In this document: piece after piece, positions 56,457 through 64,000 of the stretch | How positions within the stretch are numbered: position 1 is the stretch's first letter | Layout of the letters: each line of letters starts with the position of its first letter | Assembly: GCA_965248355.1 (NCBI GenBank) | Contig: OZ252098.1 | Span: forward strand, 160,001 to 224,000 | Direction of reading: 5' to 3' | DNA: 64,000 nt | Source of the DNA: Candidatus Latescibacterota bacterium | GTDB lineage: Bacteria > Latescibacterota > UBA2968 > UBA8231 | Made by a program: the position numbers and the translations under genes | Notes under the pieces: generated by a model | Seen by the model: the letters and a program-made list of their open reading frames with translations, nothing else | What the model was told of the DNA's origin: nothing | The model's database searches: none

Positions 56457-58268
56457 ATGTCGGGCGCGCACCCATCGGTGACGAGAAACCTGGCGGCGGT
56501 CCTCGCCCTCCTGGCTCTCGGCCGGCCGTCGGCGGGAGACGTCCAGTACGTCTCCGTAGGCCCCGACCTCTCATGGCGCGCCGCCGAGTCCTCCTCCCGG
56601 TACGTCGCCGTCAGCCAGGACGGCATCTGGATGTGGGAGGTGGCGCCCAACGCGGACCTGGCCGCCACCCTCGGCGAGCGCGGCGGCCGGGTGCTGTACG
56701 CGGACCCGGAGAGGGGCCTCACCCCGCTGCCCGGCGCCGGGGCGCTCTTCGACGGCGACCCGACCACCTTCTACGACCCCGACCTGCACGAGGGGACGAT
56801 GCGGTCCTCGACCCTCTGGATCGACCTGGGCGCCACCTTCCGGATCAACCGGGTCCGGTTCTTCCCGCGCCTCGACTTCCGCAACCGCAACCGCTTCCTG
56901 CAGGAGTTCACCCTGTCGGCGGGCGAGAGCCTCGACTCCACCGCCGTCTCCCGCCGCCTGATGTTCTTCAAGGCCCCGAACGAGAACACGTCGCCCGTGG
57001 TGGACAAGCGCTTCAACAGCGCCGAGGCTCGCGTACTGGCCCTTCAGCCGCAGGTCGACCGCGCCTGGGAGATCGCCGAGCTGGAGGTCTACTCGGACGG
57101 CACCGTGCCCATCGGCGAGTACGAGTCCCAGCCGCTGCGGGCGCTCCGCCCCGAGCCCGTCTGGGGGCGCGTGCTCTACGAGGGCGGTGACATCTCCCGG
57201 GCCCCGGTGATCGTGCGCACCCGGACCGGCCGGGACCGGAGCCCCCTGCTCTACTACCTGATCCAGGGCAGCGACCTGGTCCAGTACAGCAAAGTCGGCT
57301 GGGAGAACGCTCCCGAGGACAGGAAGGGCCCGGTCGAGCCCAACCCGGCCTGGAGCACGTGGGAGACGGTCACCGACGGAATCGTGCGCTCGCCGTCGCT
57401 GAACCGCTACCTGCAGTTTCAGGTCATCCTTCCGCGTCCCGGCGCCGGCCTCCGGGAGCTGCGGTTCGAGTACGTCTACCCTCCGGTCGCCCGCGACCTG
57501 GCGGCCGAGATCTCGCCCCTGGAAGTGCGGGCGGGAGTGCAAACCCTCTTCACCCTCTCCCTCGAGGTGCACCTGGACCGCACCAAACCGCCGGCGAGCC
57601 GGGACACCGGATTCCGGCAGCTGCAGGTGAGAACGGCGGCGGAGATCGGCGAGGTGATGCGCGTCCGCGTCGACGACCTGGAGGTCCTGCCTTTCACCGA
57701 GGTCGAGCCGGGTTCCGGCTTCACCGTGAACCTGCCGCGCCGGGTGGTGCAGGACGGCAGCTTCCTGCAGGTCGAGTTCACGGCCACGGTCCTTCACGAG
57801 CGCACGAGATTCGAGGTCCAGGCCCTGGACCGGCGCACCGAGGAGGGGGAATCGAGGGTGGCCTACCAGATAGCCCGCGCCGCCGACGTCGACGGCGGGC
57901 CGGGAGGCGGTCTGGTCGTGCGCCACGGGCAGGACGCCGGGACCCTGTCGCTGATCTCCAACCTCCGGGTCGCCAACGCTCTGATGACGCCCAACGCCGA
58001 CGGCGTCAACGACCGCCTCGAGCTGACCTTCACGCTCCTGAAGCTCCTGGAACCGGCGAGGCTGACCCTGGAGATCTTCGCTCTCGATGGCCGCCTCGTC
58101 GCCCGGGCCTGGGAGGCGGAGCACGGCGCCGGGACCCTCCGCGCCGCCTGGGACGGTCTCGACAGCCGAGGACTCTCCGTACCGCCCGGCCTCTACCTCT
58201 ACGACCTGCGGGTGGACTCCGACGACGGTGCCGAGCGGCGCCGGGGCGTCGTCGGTCTGGCCTACTGA
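56457..58268 (+). CDS. Secreted protein: discoidin/F5-8-like domain + C-terminal FlgD-Ig/CHU_C-like domain (603 aa)
   Basis: LFDGDPTTF...WIDLGATFRINRVRFFPR...WEIAELEVY; TPNADGVND...AWDGLDSRG..VPPGLY...GLAY. Confidence 0.8.
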   Translation: MSGAHPSVTRNLAAVLALLALGRPSAGDVQYVSVGPDLSWRAAESSSRYVAVSQDGIWMWEVAPNADLAATLGERGGRVLYADPERGLTPLPGAGALFDGDPTTFYDPDLHEGTMRSSTLWIDLGATFRINRVRFFPRLDFRNRNRFLQEFTLSAGESLDSTAVSRRLMFFKAPNENTSPVVDKRFNSAEARVLALQPQVDRAWEIAELEVYSDGTVPIGEYESQPLRALRPEPVWGRVLYEGGDISRAPVIVRTRTGRDRSPLLYYLIQGSDLVQYSKVGWENAPEDRKGPVEPNPAWSTWETVTDGIVRSPSLNRYLQFQVILPRPGAGLRELRFEYVYPPVARDLAAEISPLEVRAGVQTLFTLSLEVHLDRTKPPASRDTGFRQLQVRTAAEIGEVMRVRVDDLEVLPFTEVEPGSGFTVNLPRRVVQDGSFLQVEFTATVLHERTRFEVQALDRRTEEGESRVAYQIARAADVDGGPGGGLVVRHGQDAGTLSLISNLRVANALMTPNADGVNDRLELTFTLLKLLEPARLTLEIFALDGRLVARAWEAEHGAGTLRAAWDGLDSRGLSVPPGLYLYDLRVDSDDGAERRRGVVGLAY

Positions 58269-58269
58269 C

Positions 58270-60771
58270 ATGGACAACCCTCGCCTGGCGCGCTGGGCCG
58301 GTATCGCTTCGGTGCTCCTGGGGACGGCCGCCGCCCCGCAGGAGGGGTACCGGCTGGCGACGACGGAGGTCGTCGTGGACCGGGCCGGGCACTGGTCGGC
58401 GTGGCAGTTGCCTGAAGGCGCCCTGGACCTGGGGCCCGACGGCACCGTGACCCCCCGGGGATTGCTGCGGCGGTCCAACGCGGCCCTGAACGCCCAGGAG
58501 TACACGGCCATCCTCGCCGGGGCCGACACGGTCACGGGCGGCGTCTACGCCATCGGCAGCGGCGCGGCCACGGGCCCCCTGGTGCACGACGGGGATCCCT
58601 TTACCTGGTGGGAGCCGGACCCGGCCGACGACGTGGAGGACTGGTTCGTCGAGATCGACCTCGGCCGCGCCGTGGTCGCCGAGCAGGTCGTGGTGCGGTT
58701 CGCACCCGAGGGCGAGGGCGACCCCTTCCTGAAGTTCCGGGTGCGCCTCTCCAACGGGCTCGGCCGCACCTACGACGACCTCGACTACTTCCGCGCCGGC
58801 CAGGTGGTCCTGCCCAACAAGGACGAGCGGCTCTTCGTCTTCGACATCAAGCCCCAGCGGCCGCTGCCCCCGGGGGTGACCGGCCAGGTCGTGCAGTTCG
58901 TGCGCCTGGAGGCTCTCGGCTCGGACGGGGACCGGGCCCGGGAGGTCTCCCCGGAGGAGTTCGCGGCCCTGGGGCCGGAGGACCGGGGCGCGGTCGAGTA
59001 CCACCGGAGGACGGTGGCCGGCCGGGAGATCCGCGTGGAGGAGGTGACCTGGAACGCCCTGCCCGAGGCCGAACGGGGGCCGGTGCGCCACTTCCGCCGC
59101 GAGCGGCCCCGGGTGGCGGAGCTGGAGGTGATCACCCCCGGGGAGAACGTGGTGCTCAACACCCAGCGGATCATCAACCTCCAGACCCGGGCCATCAGCG
59201 ACCTGGTGCGCGTCTACATGACGGACGGATTCTTCTACACGTACTACCCCATCAAGCCCTACGACCGGGTGCGCCGGCGAAACCAGCTGGAGGTGGACCT
59301 GGGCGCCAAGTACTGGCTCGACCGCGTGCGCCTGGTCACCCCCGAGCAGCCCTTGCGGGCCTTCCAGGTGCTGCTCTCGGACGGCTCCATCGACCCCAAC
59401 GGGGAACGCGTCTGGAACGAGCTGAGCGAGCGACTCAACCGCGATCGCTTCCACCAGCTGGAGGAGCGCTTTCCCCTGCAGGAGGTGCGCCACGTGCAGC
59501 TGCGGGCCCTGTCCCTGCTCGGCACCGAGCAGGAGAGCGGCCAGCTCGCCGAGCTGCTGGCCTTCGGCGAGGGCTTCGTCTCGGAGGTGGTCCTCACCTC
59601 GCCCCTGATCACGCTGCCGGGATCGCGCATGTTCAGCTCCCTGTCGTGGGAGGGGGAGGCGCCGCAGGAGACCCGCATCGAGGTCCGCACCCGGTCCGGC
59701 GACGACCTGCGCCAGGAGTTTGCGTACTTCGACGCCGCCGGTTTCCCCATGACCCGGGAGAACTGGGAACGCGCCCGGGAATCGAACCGGGGGCCCGTCG
59801 ACACGCTCCATGTGCCCGGGCCGGGATGGAGCCACTGGAGCGAGGTCTACCGCGAGTCGCCCGAGCCCTTCCGCTCCCCCAGCCCGAGGCGTTACGCCAT
59901 GGCGGAGGTGCGCCTGCTGACCGTGAACCCCCTGCGGCGCGCCGCCATCCGCAGCCTGCGGATCGGCCTGGCCGAGCCCCTGGTGGACCAGGTGTGGGCC
60001 GAGATCTGGCCCACCAGCGGGGTCCCCCCGGGGGTCGACCAGGAGTTCACCATCTACATGCAGCCCCGGTTCCGGAGCGGCGATCCGGGCTTCGACCGCT
60101 TGGGGATCCGCTCCTCCTCGAGCGCGCCCATGGAGCTGCTCTCCGTGGTTGCCGGCACCGAGGCCCGGCTGCGCACCGGGACCGCCGCCGACCTGCTGGC
60201 CACGGCTTCGTCCCGCCCGGTAGAGGGCGGGGTCGACGTCGTCTTCCCGGAGCCGCTCACCTCGGGCCGTGCGGTCTACGCGGCGCGCATCCGCACCCAG
60301 GTCTATCTCAGCGGCACGACCTTCCGGATCGAGCTCTCCCTCTCCTCGCGGCCCGGGACCCTGCAGATCGCCAGCGAGGGAGATGCCACGAACCTGGCCC
60401 GGAGCCAGTCCCTGGTGGTCATCTCCGACCTGGAGGCGGGGCGCCTGCTGGCGCCGCTGGAGGTGACCCCCCCGGTGCTGACTCCGAACGGCGACGGCGT
60501 CAACGACGAGGCCGCCATCTCCTTCCAGGTCTTCCAGGTGCGGGGGCCGCCGCGGCTCACGGTGCGCATCCACGACCTGTCCGGCCGGCTCGTGCGCGAC
60601 CTGACCCGGGTGCCGCCCCAGGCCAGCGGACGCCACGAGTTCCTCTGGGACGGCCGCGGCGATTCCGGCGCCCTGGTGGCCCCCGGGGTCTATGCCGCGC
60701 GCGTCGAAGTGAAGGTGCACGCCGGGGGCCGGCGCACCAGCCGGGTCCGCCTCGTGCACGTGGCCTACTGA
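58270..60771 (+). CDS. Secreted protein: two discoidin-like domains + C-terminal FlgD-Ig/CHU_C-like domain (833 aa)
   Basis: HDGDPFTWW...VEIDLGRAV; LEVDLGAKYWLDRVRL; TPNGDGVND...WDGRGDSG..VAPGVY...HVAY. Confidence 0.8.
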   Translation: MDNPRLARWAGIASVLLGTAAAPQEGYRLATTEVVVDRAGHWSAWQLPEGALDLGPDGTVTPRGLLRRSNAALNAQEYTAILAGADTVTGGVYAIGSGAATGPLVHDGDPFTWWEPDPADDVEDWFVEIDLGRAVVAEQVVVRFAPEGEGDPFLKFRVRLSNGLGRTYDDLDYFRAGQVVLPNKDERLFVFDIKPQRPLPPGVTGQVVQFVRLEALGSDGDRAREVSPEEFAALGPEDRGAVEYHRRTVAGREIRVEEVTWNALPEAERGPVRHFRRERPRVAELEVITPGENVVLNTQRIINLQTRAISDLVRVYMTDGFFYTYYPIKPYDRVRRRNQLEVDLGAKYWLDRVRLVTPEQPLRAFQVLLSDGSIDPNGERVWNELSERLNRDRFHQLEERFPLQEVRHVQLRALSLLGTEQESGQLAELLAFGEGFVSEVVLTSPLITLPGSRMFSSLSWEGEAPQETRIEVRTRSGDDLRQEFAYFDAAGFPMTRENWERARESNRGPVDTLHVPGPGWSHWSEVYRESPEPFRSPSPRRYAMAEVRLLTVNPLRRAAIRSLRIGLAEPLVDQVWAEIWPTSGVPPGVDQEFTIYMQPRFRSGDPGFDRLGIRSSSSAPMELLSVVAGTEARLRTGTAADLLATASSRPVEGGVDVVFPEPLTSGRAVYAARIRTQVYLSGTTFRIELSLSSRPGTLQIASEGDATNLARSQSLVVISDLEAGRLLAPLEVTPPVLTPNGDGVNDEAAISFQVFQVRGPPRLTVRIHDLSGRLVRDLTRVPPQASGRHEFLWDGRGDSGALVAPGVYAARVEVKVHAGGRRTSRVRLVHVAY

Positions 60772-63509
60772 TGCCCTCTCTCGCGGCAGGTCCCGGACCG
60801 CGCCCGGCCCTGTGGACGGCGGCCGTCCTGATCCTGTCCGGAGCCTTCCCGCCGGAGGGGGAGGCCCAGCAGTACGGGACCCGGGCGGAGGCGCCGCGGG
60901 CCCTGGCGGACCTGTCGCCGCGGTTCGAGGTGGCGTACACGACCCCGGCCCTGCACAAGTGGTACGCCTCCCGCAGCCTGGCCGGGACCTACGCCGATTA
61001 CTGGTACGACACCGGCGCCAACTACGCGCGCGGCCGTTACCTGCGCTACCTGCGGCCGGAGCTGGCGGGAGAGGAGTGGTACGACTCCTTCGGGCAGCAT
61101 GTGGGCCGGGGCTGGCTGGTCTACTCGTGGCAGCAGCTCCAGCCGGCGCGGGAGGGCTCCGACATCACCTGGACCCCCTTCTCGAGCGCCTTCGGGGGGC
61201 TGGTGATCGCCTCCGACCGGCGGGGAGGGGAGACGTACCGGCTGATGGCGGGCGGGCGCCTGGACGCGCACCTCACGCCCCTGACCCTTCGCAAGCCCGG
61301 CTTTGATGGCGTGCGCCTCGACTACGCCAGGGACCGCATCGAGAGCACCCTGCTGTTCTCCCGGCCGAGTCAGCCCTCCGGCCCCCGCGCCAACGTGACC
61401 CACCTGACGGGCGGCCACCTGCAGTACACCCTCTTCGACGCCGCCGGCCTGGGGCTGACCTACGTGAACCTGCGCAACTCGACCACCCGGGAGGAGTGGC
61501 GGGCCGGCAACCCGCTGGGCGGCGTGCTCACCTCCAACCAGAACCGGATCCCGGAGAAGCTGTGGGTCCAGGTGCGGGACGACTCGCCCGCCGACGGCAC
61601 CGGCGGCGCCCGGGTCTTCCGTCACGACATCGTCTTCACCGACACCAGCGGGGTGCGCATCCGCGGCCGGGACCTCGGCCTGGAGCCGCAGATCTCGGGC
61701 GGGCGCCTGCGCGACGGCGCCCTGGTCGTGGATGGGTCGGAGCGCCTGCTGCTGGAGTACGACCTCGGGGCCCTGGCCGAGCTCGGCGTCGACAGCGGGG
61801 CCCTGACGGGCGCCGCCGTGGAGCTGGCCGTGGCCAACGACTACCGGATCGAGCTGGCCTCAAATCTTCAAACCGACGGCGAGCGCAGGCCCGAGACCGT
61901 GTTCCTCCCCTACGCGCGGGCGGCCGGCAACGTGCAGGACGAGAGCAACGGCCGCGTCCTGCGCCTCGACTACGGCCTGCCAACGGCCAACGAGCTGATC
62001 GGCCTCGACTGGGACCTGGTGGACTGGCACGGTCTCTCGGTGCAGGGGGAGACGGTCCTCAACCGGAAGCACCGGAAGTATCCCAATCCCCGGCGGACCC
62101 GGCATCACGAGATGGTGCGCAGCGCCTGGGCCGCCTACGGCATCGCCGCCTACAACCGATACCCGTGGGGCCTGCTCCTGGAGACGTTCTCCATGGACGA
62201 CGCCTACAGCACCAACCACTGGCTGACCCTGGGCAACGGCCAGATCCAGTACGATGCGCCGGTGCCCATGCTCTACGAGCTGATCGACGACGACGACGAC
62301 CACGACGCCATTCCCGAGTGGCCCCGGGTGTGGCAGGGCAGTTCGGGGGGCATCGCCTTCCCCGGCGTCGACTTCAACCGCGACTTCATCTACGACTACA
62401 ACCAGAACAACGACCCCCGTCCGGGTGCCGGCTTCTCCAAGCCGGGCCAGCCCGCGGCCGTGGGCCTCAACCGGAACCGCAACCTGATCCCCGACTACGA
62501 GGAGCCCTTCCTGCGCTTCCGGTCGGACCGGCCCGAGTTCCTCTTCGGCGTCGACATGAACCACAACGGCACCGCCGACCCCTTCGAGAACGACCTGGTC
62601 GCCGACTACCCCTACCGCCGCGACCACCGCGGCTTCAACCTGCACGCCAAGGTCTTCGTCACCCCCGACGCTCGCCTGATGGCCGGCCGCCAGCGCATGG
62701 CGCTGATCTCCGGGGACGGCCGGACGGAGGCGTGGTACGCCCTGCTCGCCTGGACGCGGCGCCTGGGCCGCTCTCGTCTCCGCGTCTTCGACTTCGGCGC
62801 CTCGGTGCGCGACGACATCCCCGACCACCTGCAGAAGTGGGTGCAGCCCAGCGGCTCGGCCGGGCGCATGGAGGACGCCCGGGACCTGCTGCCCTCGAGG
62901 GACACCTGGCGCAACACCCTGTACGCCGACCTCGATCAGCGGCTGGGCCAGGGGGTGCGCCTCTTCCACCGCTTCAAGTGGGAGACCTTCCGGCAGCGCC
63001 GGGACGAGGAGGAGGTGCGGCTGGAAGAGAGGCGCGTGCGCTCGGGGTTCCTCGGCCTGATCAACCGGGCCGAGTGGTCGATCCCGGCCGGCCGGGGACT
63101 GCTGGAGCCTCGCTGGAAGAGCGAGTACCGCGCCGACCGGCCCTACGACGCCCGGCGGCCCCGGGCCCGAAGTATCGAGGAGTCCCTCTTCCTCCTGTGG
63201 AGACAGCCGCTGCTCTCCGAGCTCACCAGCGTGAACTACTACGCCCGCTACGGCAAGCAGCTCTTCGACACGGAACTGCAGTTCGGGCTGGAGTGGACCC
63301 GGGGCTGGCTGCTGCAGGGAGCGCGCCCCGGGCTCGACGGCGACTTCACGGCCCGGACCCTGGTGCTCCAGGTGATCAACCGGGTCGGCTACCAGGGGTA
63401 CCAGCTGGTCACGCGGGGCGGCGTGCAGGTCTCGGACCGCGACCCGGAGTCCGGACCCGCCGAGCGTGCCTCGATGCTGTTCATGAGCATGAACGCGGGG
63501 CTGCGGTGA
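60771..63509 (+). CDS. Large secreted/outer-membrane protein (912 aa), paralog of 858..3668
   Basis: TGATG overlap and signal peptide. Shared motifs TPLTL...FDGVRLD, DDSPAD, VANDYRIE, GNVQDESN and the Asp-rich insert. Confidence 0.8.
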   Translation: MPSLAAGPGPRPALWTAAVLILSGAFPPEGEAQQYGTRAEAPRALADLSPRFEVAYTTPALHKWYASRSLAGTYADYWYDTGANYARGRYLRYLRPELAGEEWYDSFGQHVGRGWLVYSWQQLQPAREGSDITWTPFSSAFGGLVIASDRRGGETYRLMAGGRLDAHLTPLTLRKPGFDGVRLDYARDRIESTLLFSRPSQPSGPRANVTHLTGGHLQYTLFDAAGLGLTYVNLRNSTTREEWRAGNPLGGVLTSNQNRIPEKLWVQVRDDSPADGTGGARVFRHDIVFTDTSGVRIRGRDLGLEPQISGGRLRDGALVVDGSERLLLEYDLGALAELGVDSGALTGAAVELAVANDYRIELASNLQTDGERRPETVFLPYARAAGNVQDESNGRVLRLDYGLPTANELIGLDWDLVDWHGLSVQGETVLNRKHRKYPNPRRTRHHEMVRSAWAAYGIAAYNRYPWGLLLETFSMDDAYSTNHWLTLGNGQIQYDAPVPMLYELIDDDDDHDAIPEWPRVWQGSSGGIAFPGVDFNRDFIYDYNQNNDPRPGAGFSKPGQPAAVGLNRNRNLIPDYEEPFLRFRSDRPEFLFGVDMNHNGTADPFENDLVADYPYRRDHRGFNLHAKVFVTPDARLMAGRQRMALISGDGRTEAWYALLAWTRRLGRSRLRVFDFGASVRDDIPDHLQKWVQPSGSAGRMEDARDLLPSRDTWRNTLYADLDQRLGQGVRLFHRFKWETFRQRRDEEEVRLEERRVRSGFLGLINRAEWSIPAGRGLLEPRWKSEYRADRPYDARRPRARSIEESLFLLWRQPLLSELTSVNYYARYGKQLFDTELQFGLEWTRGWLLQGARPGLDGDFTARTLVLQVINRVGYQGYQLVTRGGVQVSDRDPESGPAERASMLFMSMNAGLR

Positions 63510-64000
63510 GGGGCCGCGGAGCGGCTCGTGTGGGGGCCCTGGCCCTGGCGGTGACGCTGGGGTGGGCCGCCGGCGCCGGCGCCCAGCGGGGCGTGTACAC
63601 CCTCGGCGACGGCGACAACCCCTGGGCCGAAGGGGGGGGCCGGGGGGACCCCGTCCACCTGGTGAAAGGCGGGATCCGGGCCGTCCTCGACACGGGGAAT
63701 GTGCCGCACGCCGACATCGAGTTCGAGCATCGCCCGGGCTGGATCAGCCCCAGGTTCCTGGACGGCGAGACCAACATCGCCGGCCTCGTGCTGGAGGCCC
63801 CGGGCCGCATCCGGGCGCCGAACTCGATCGGGCGGCCCTCGGCCCTGGTCCGGAGGCAGCTGCAGGGGCTGGTGAACGGCGACCACTCCGTGGCCTTCGA
63901 GCGCAAGCCGACCCTCCTCGAGCCGGCCCTGACCAGCTTCGGGATCTGGGTCTACCTCGACTTCGGGCGCCAGGTGGGGGTCGAGCGCATCCGGTTCTAC
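63506..64000 (+). CDS. 3'-truncated secreted discoidin-like protein, paralog of 56457..58268 (not in ORF track)
   Basis: GTGA overlap. MRGRGAARVGALALAVTLGWAAGAGAQ signal; GLVNGDHSVAF...WVYLDFGRQVGVERIRFY matches WIDLGATFRINRVRFF. Confidence 0.75.
   Translation, partial: MRGRGAARVGALALAVTLGWAAGAGAQRGVYTLGDGDNPWAEGGGRGDPVHLVKGGIRAVLDTGNVPHADIEFEHRPGWISPRFLDGETNIAGLVLEAPGRIRAPNSIGRPSALVRRQLQGLVNGDHSVAFERKPTLLEPALTSFGIWVYLDFGRQVGVERIRFY

Noticed and set aside
58608-60770. Apparent 1633-aa ORF 58608..63509, and similar upstream extensions (60, 8328, 15835, 23723, 36108, 41388, 51360)
   Set aside because: The N-terminal parts are out-of-frame shadows of the preceding gene. The true starts lie at stop/start junctions followed by signal peptides or family N-termini.

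Overview
A very GC-rich (roughly 70% by eye), gene-dense bacterial window with about 47 coding regions, many joined by ATGA/GTGA/TGATG overlaps. I found no rRNA, tRNA, CRISPR array, transposase or integrase. The gene content suggests a diderm of the FCB group (Latescibacterota-like, possibly host- or sponge-associated), but this is inference. Both ends of the window encode an uncharacterised envelope system. It includes three paralogous putative outer-membrane beta-barrel proteins (the two complete ones are about 900-940 aa with Asp-rich Ca-binding-like inserts) and three secreted discoidin-like proteins; the two complete ones end in a 'TPN(G/A)DGVND...WDG...Y' FlgD-Ig/T9SS-type-B-like domain. 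It also includes a 1083-aa TPR protein, a DUF4159 protein with a TonB-type S-x3-H anchor, a lipoprotein with a TonB/AgmX-like C-terminal domain, a non-catalytic FGE-sulfatase lipoprotein, and an ExbB plus two ExbD motor in which one ExbD has Asn at the essential Asp. A tandem array of four LRR + TolB-like propeller lipoproteins (copy 1 doubly frameshifted) and a TamB/TamA pair are also present. The middle carries sugar functions (BNR/sialidase-like protein, ABC transporter without ATPase, NanA/DapA-like aldolase, Gfo/Idh/MocA, GH42, CBM9 lipoprotein, GalU, HldE-like kinase), two GT-C-type glycosyltransferases, a carbamoyltransferase-SxtJ-DUF5989 triad, a LarA fused in frame to a CsgG/FlgT-like lipoprotein, and a decayed MscS-CBS-MgtE operon interrupted by an intact GT-C gene. 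Family assignments come from motif recognition, not database searches.
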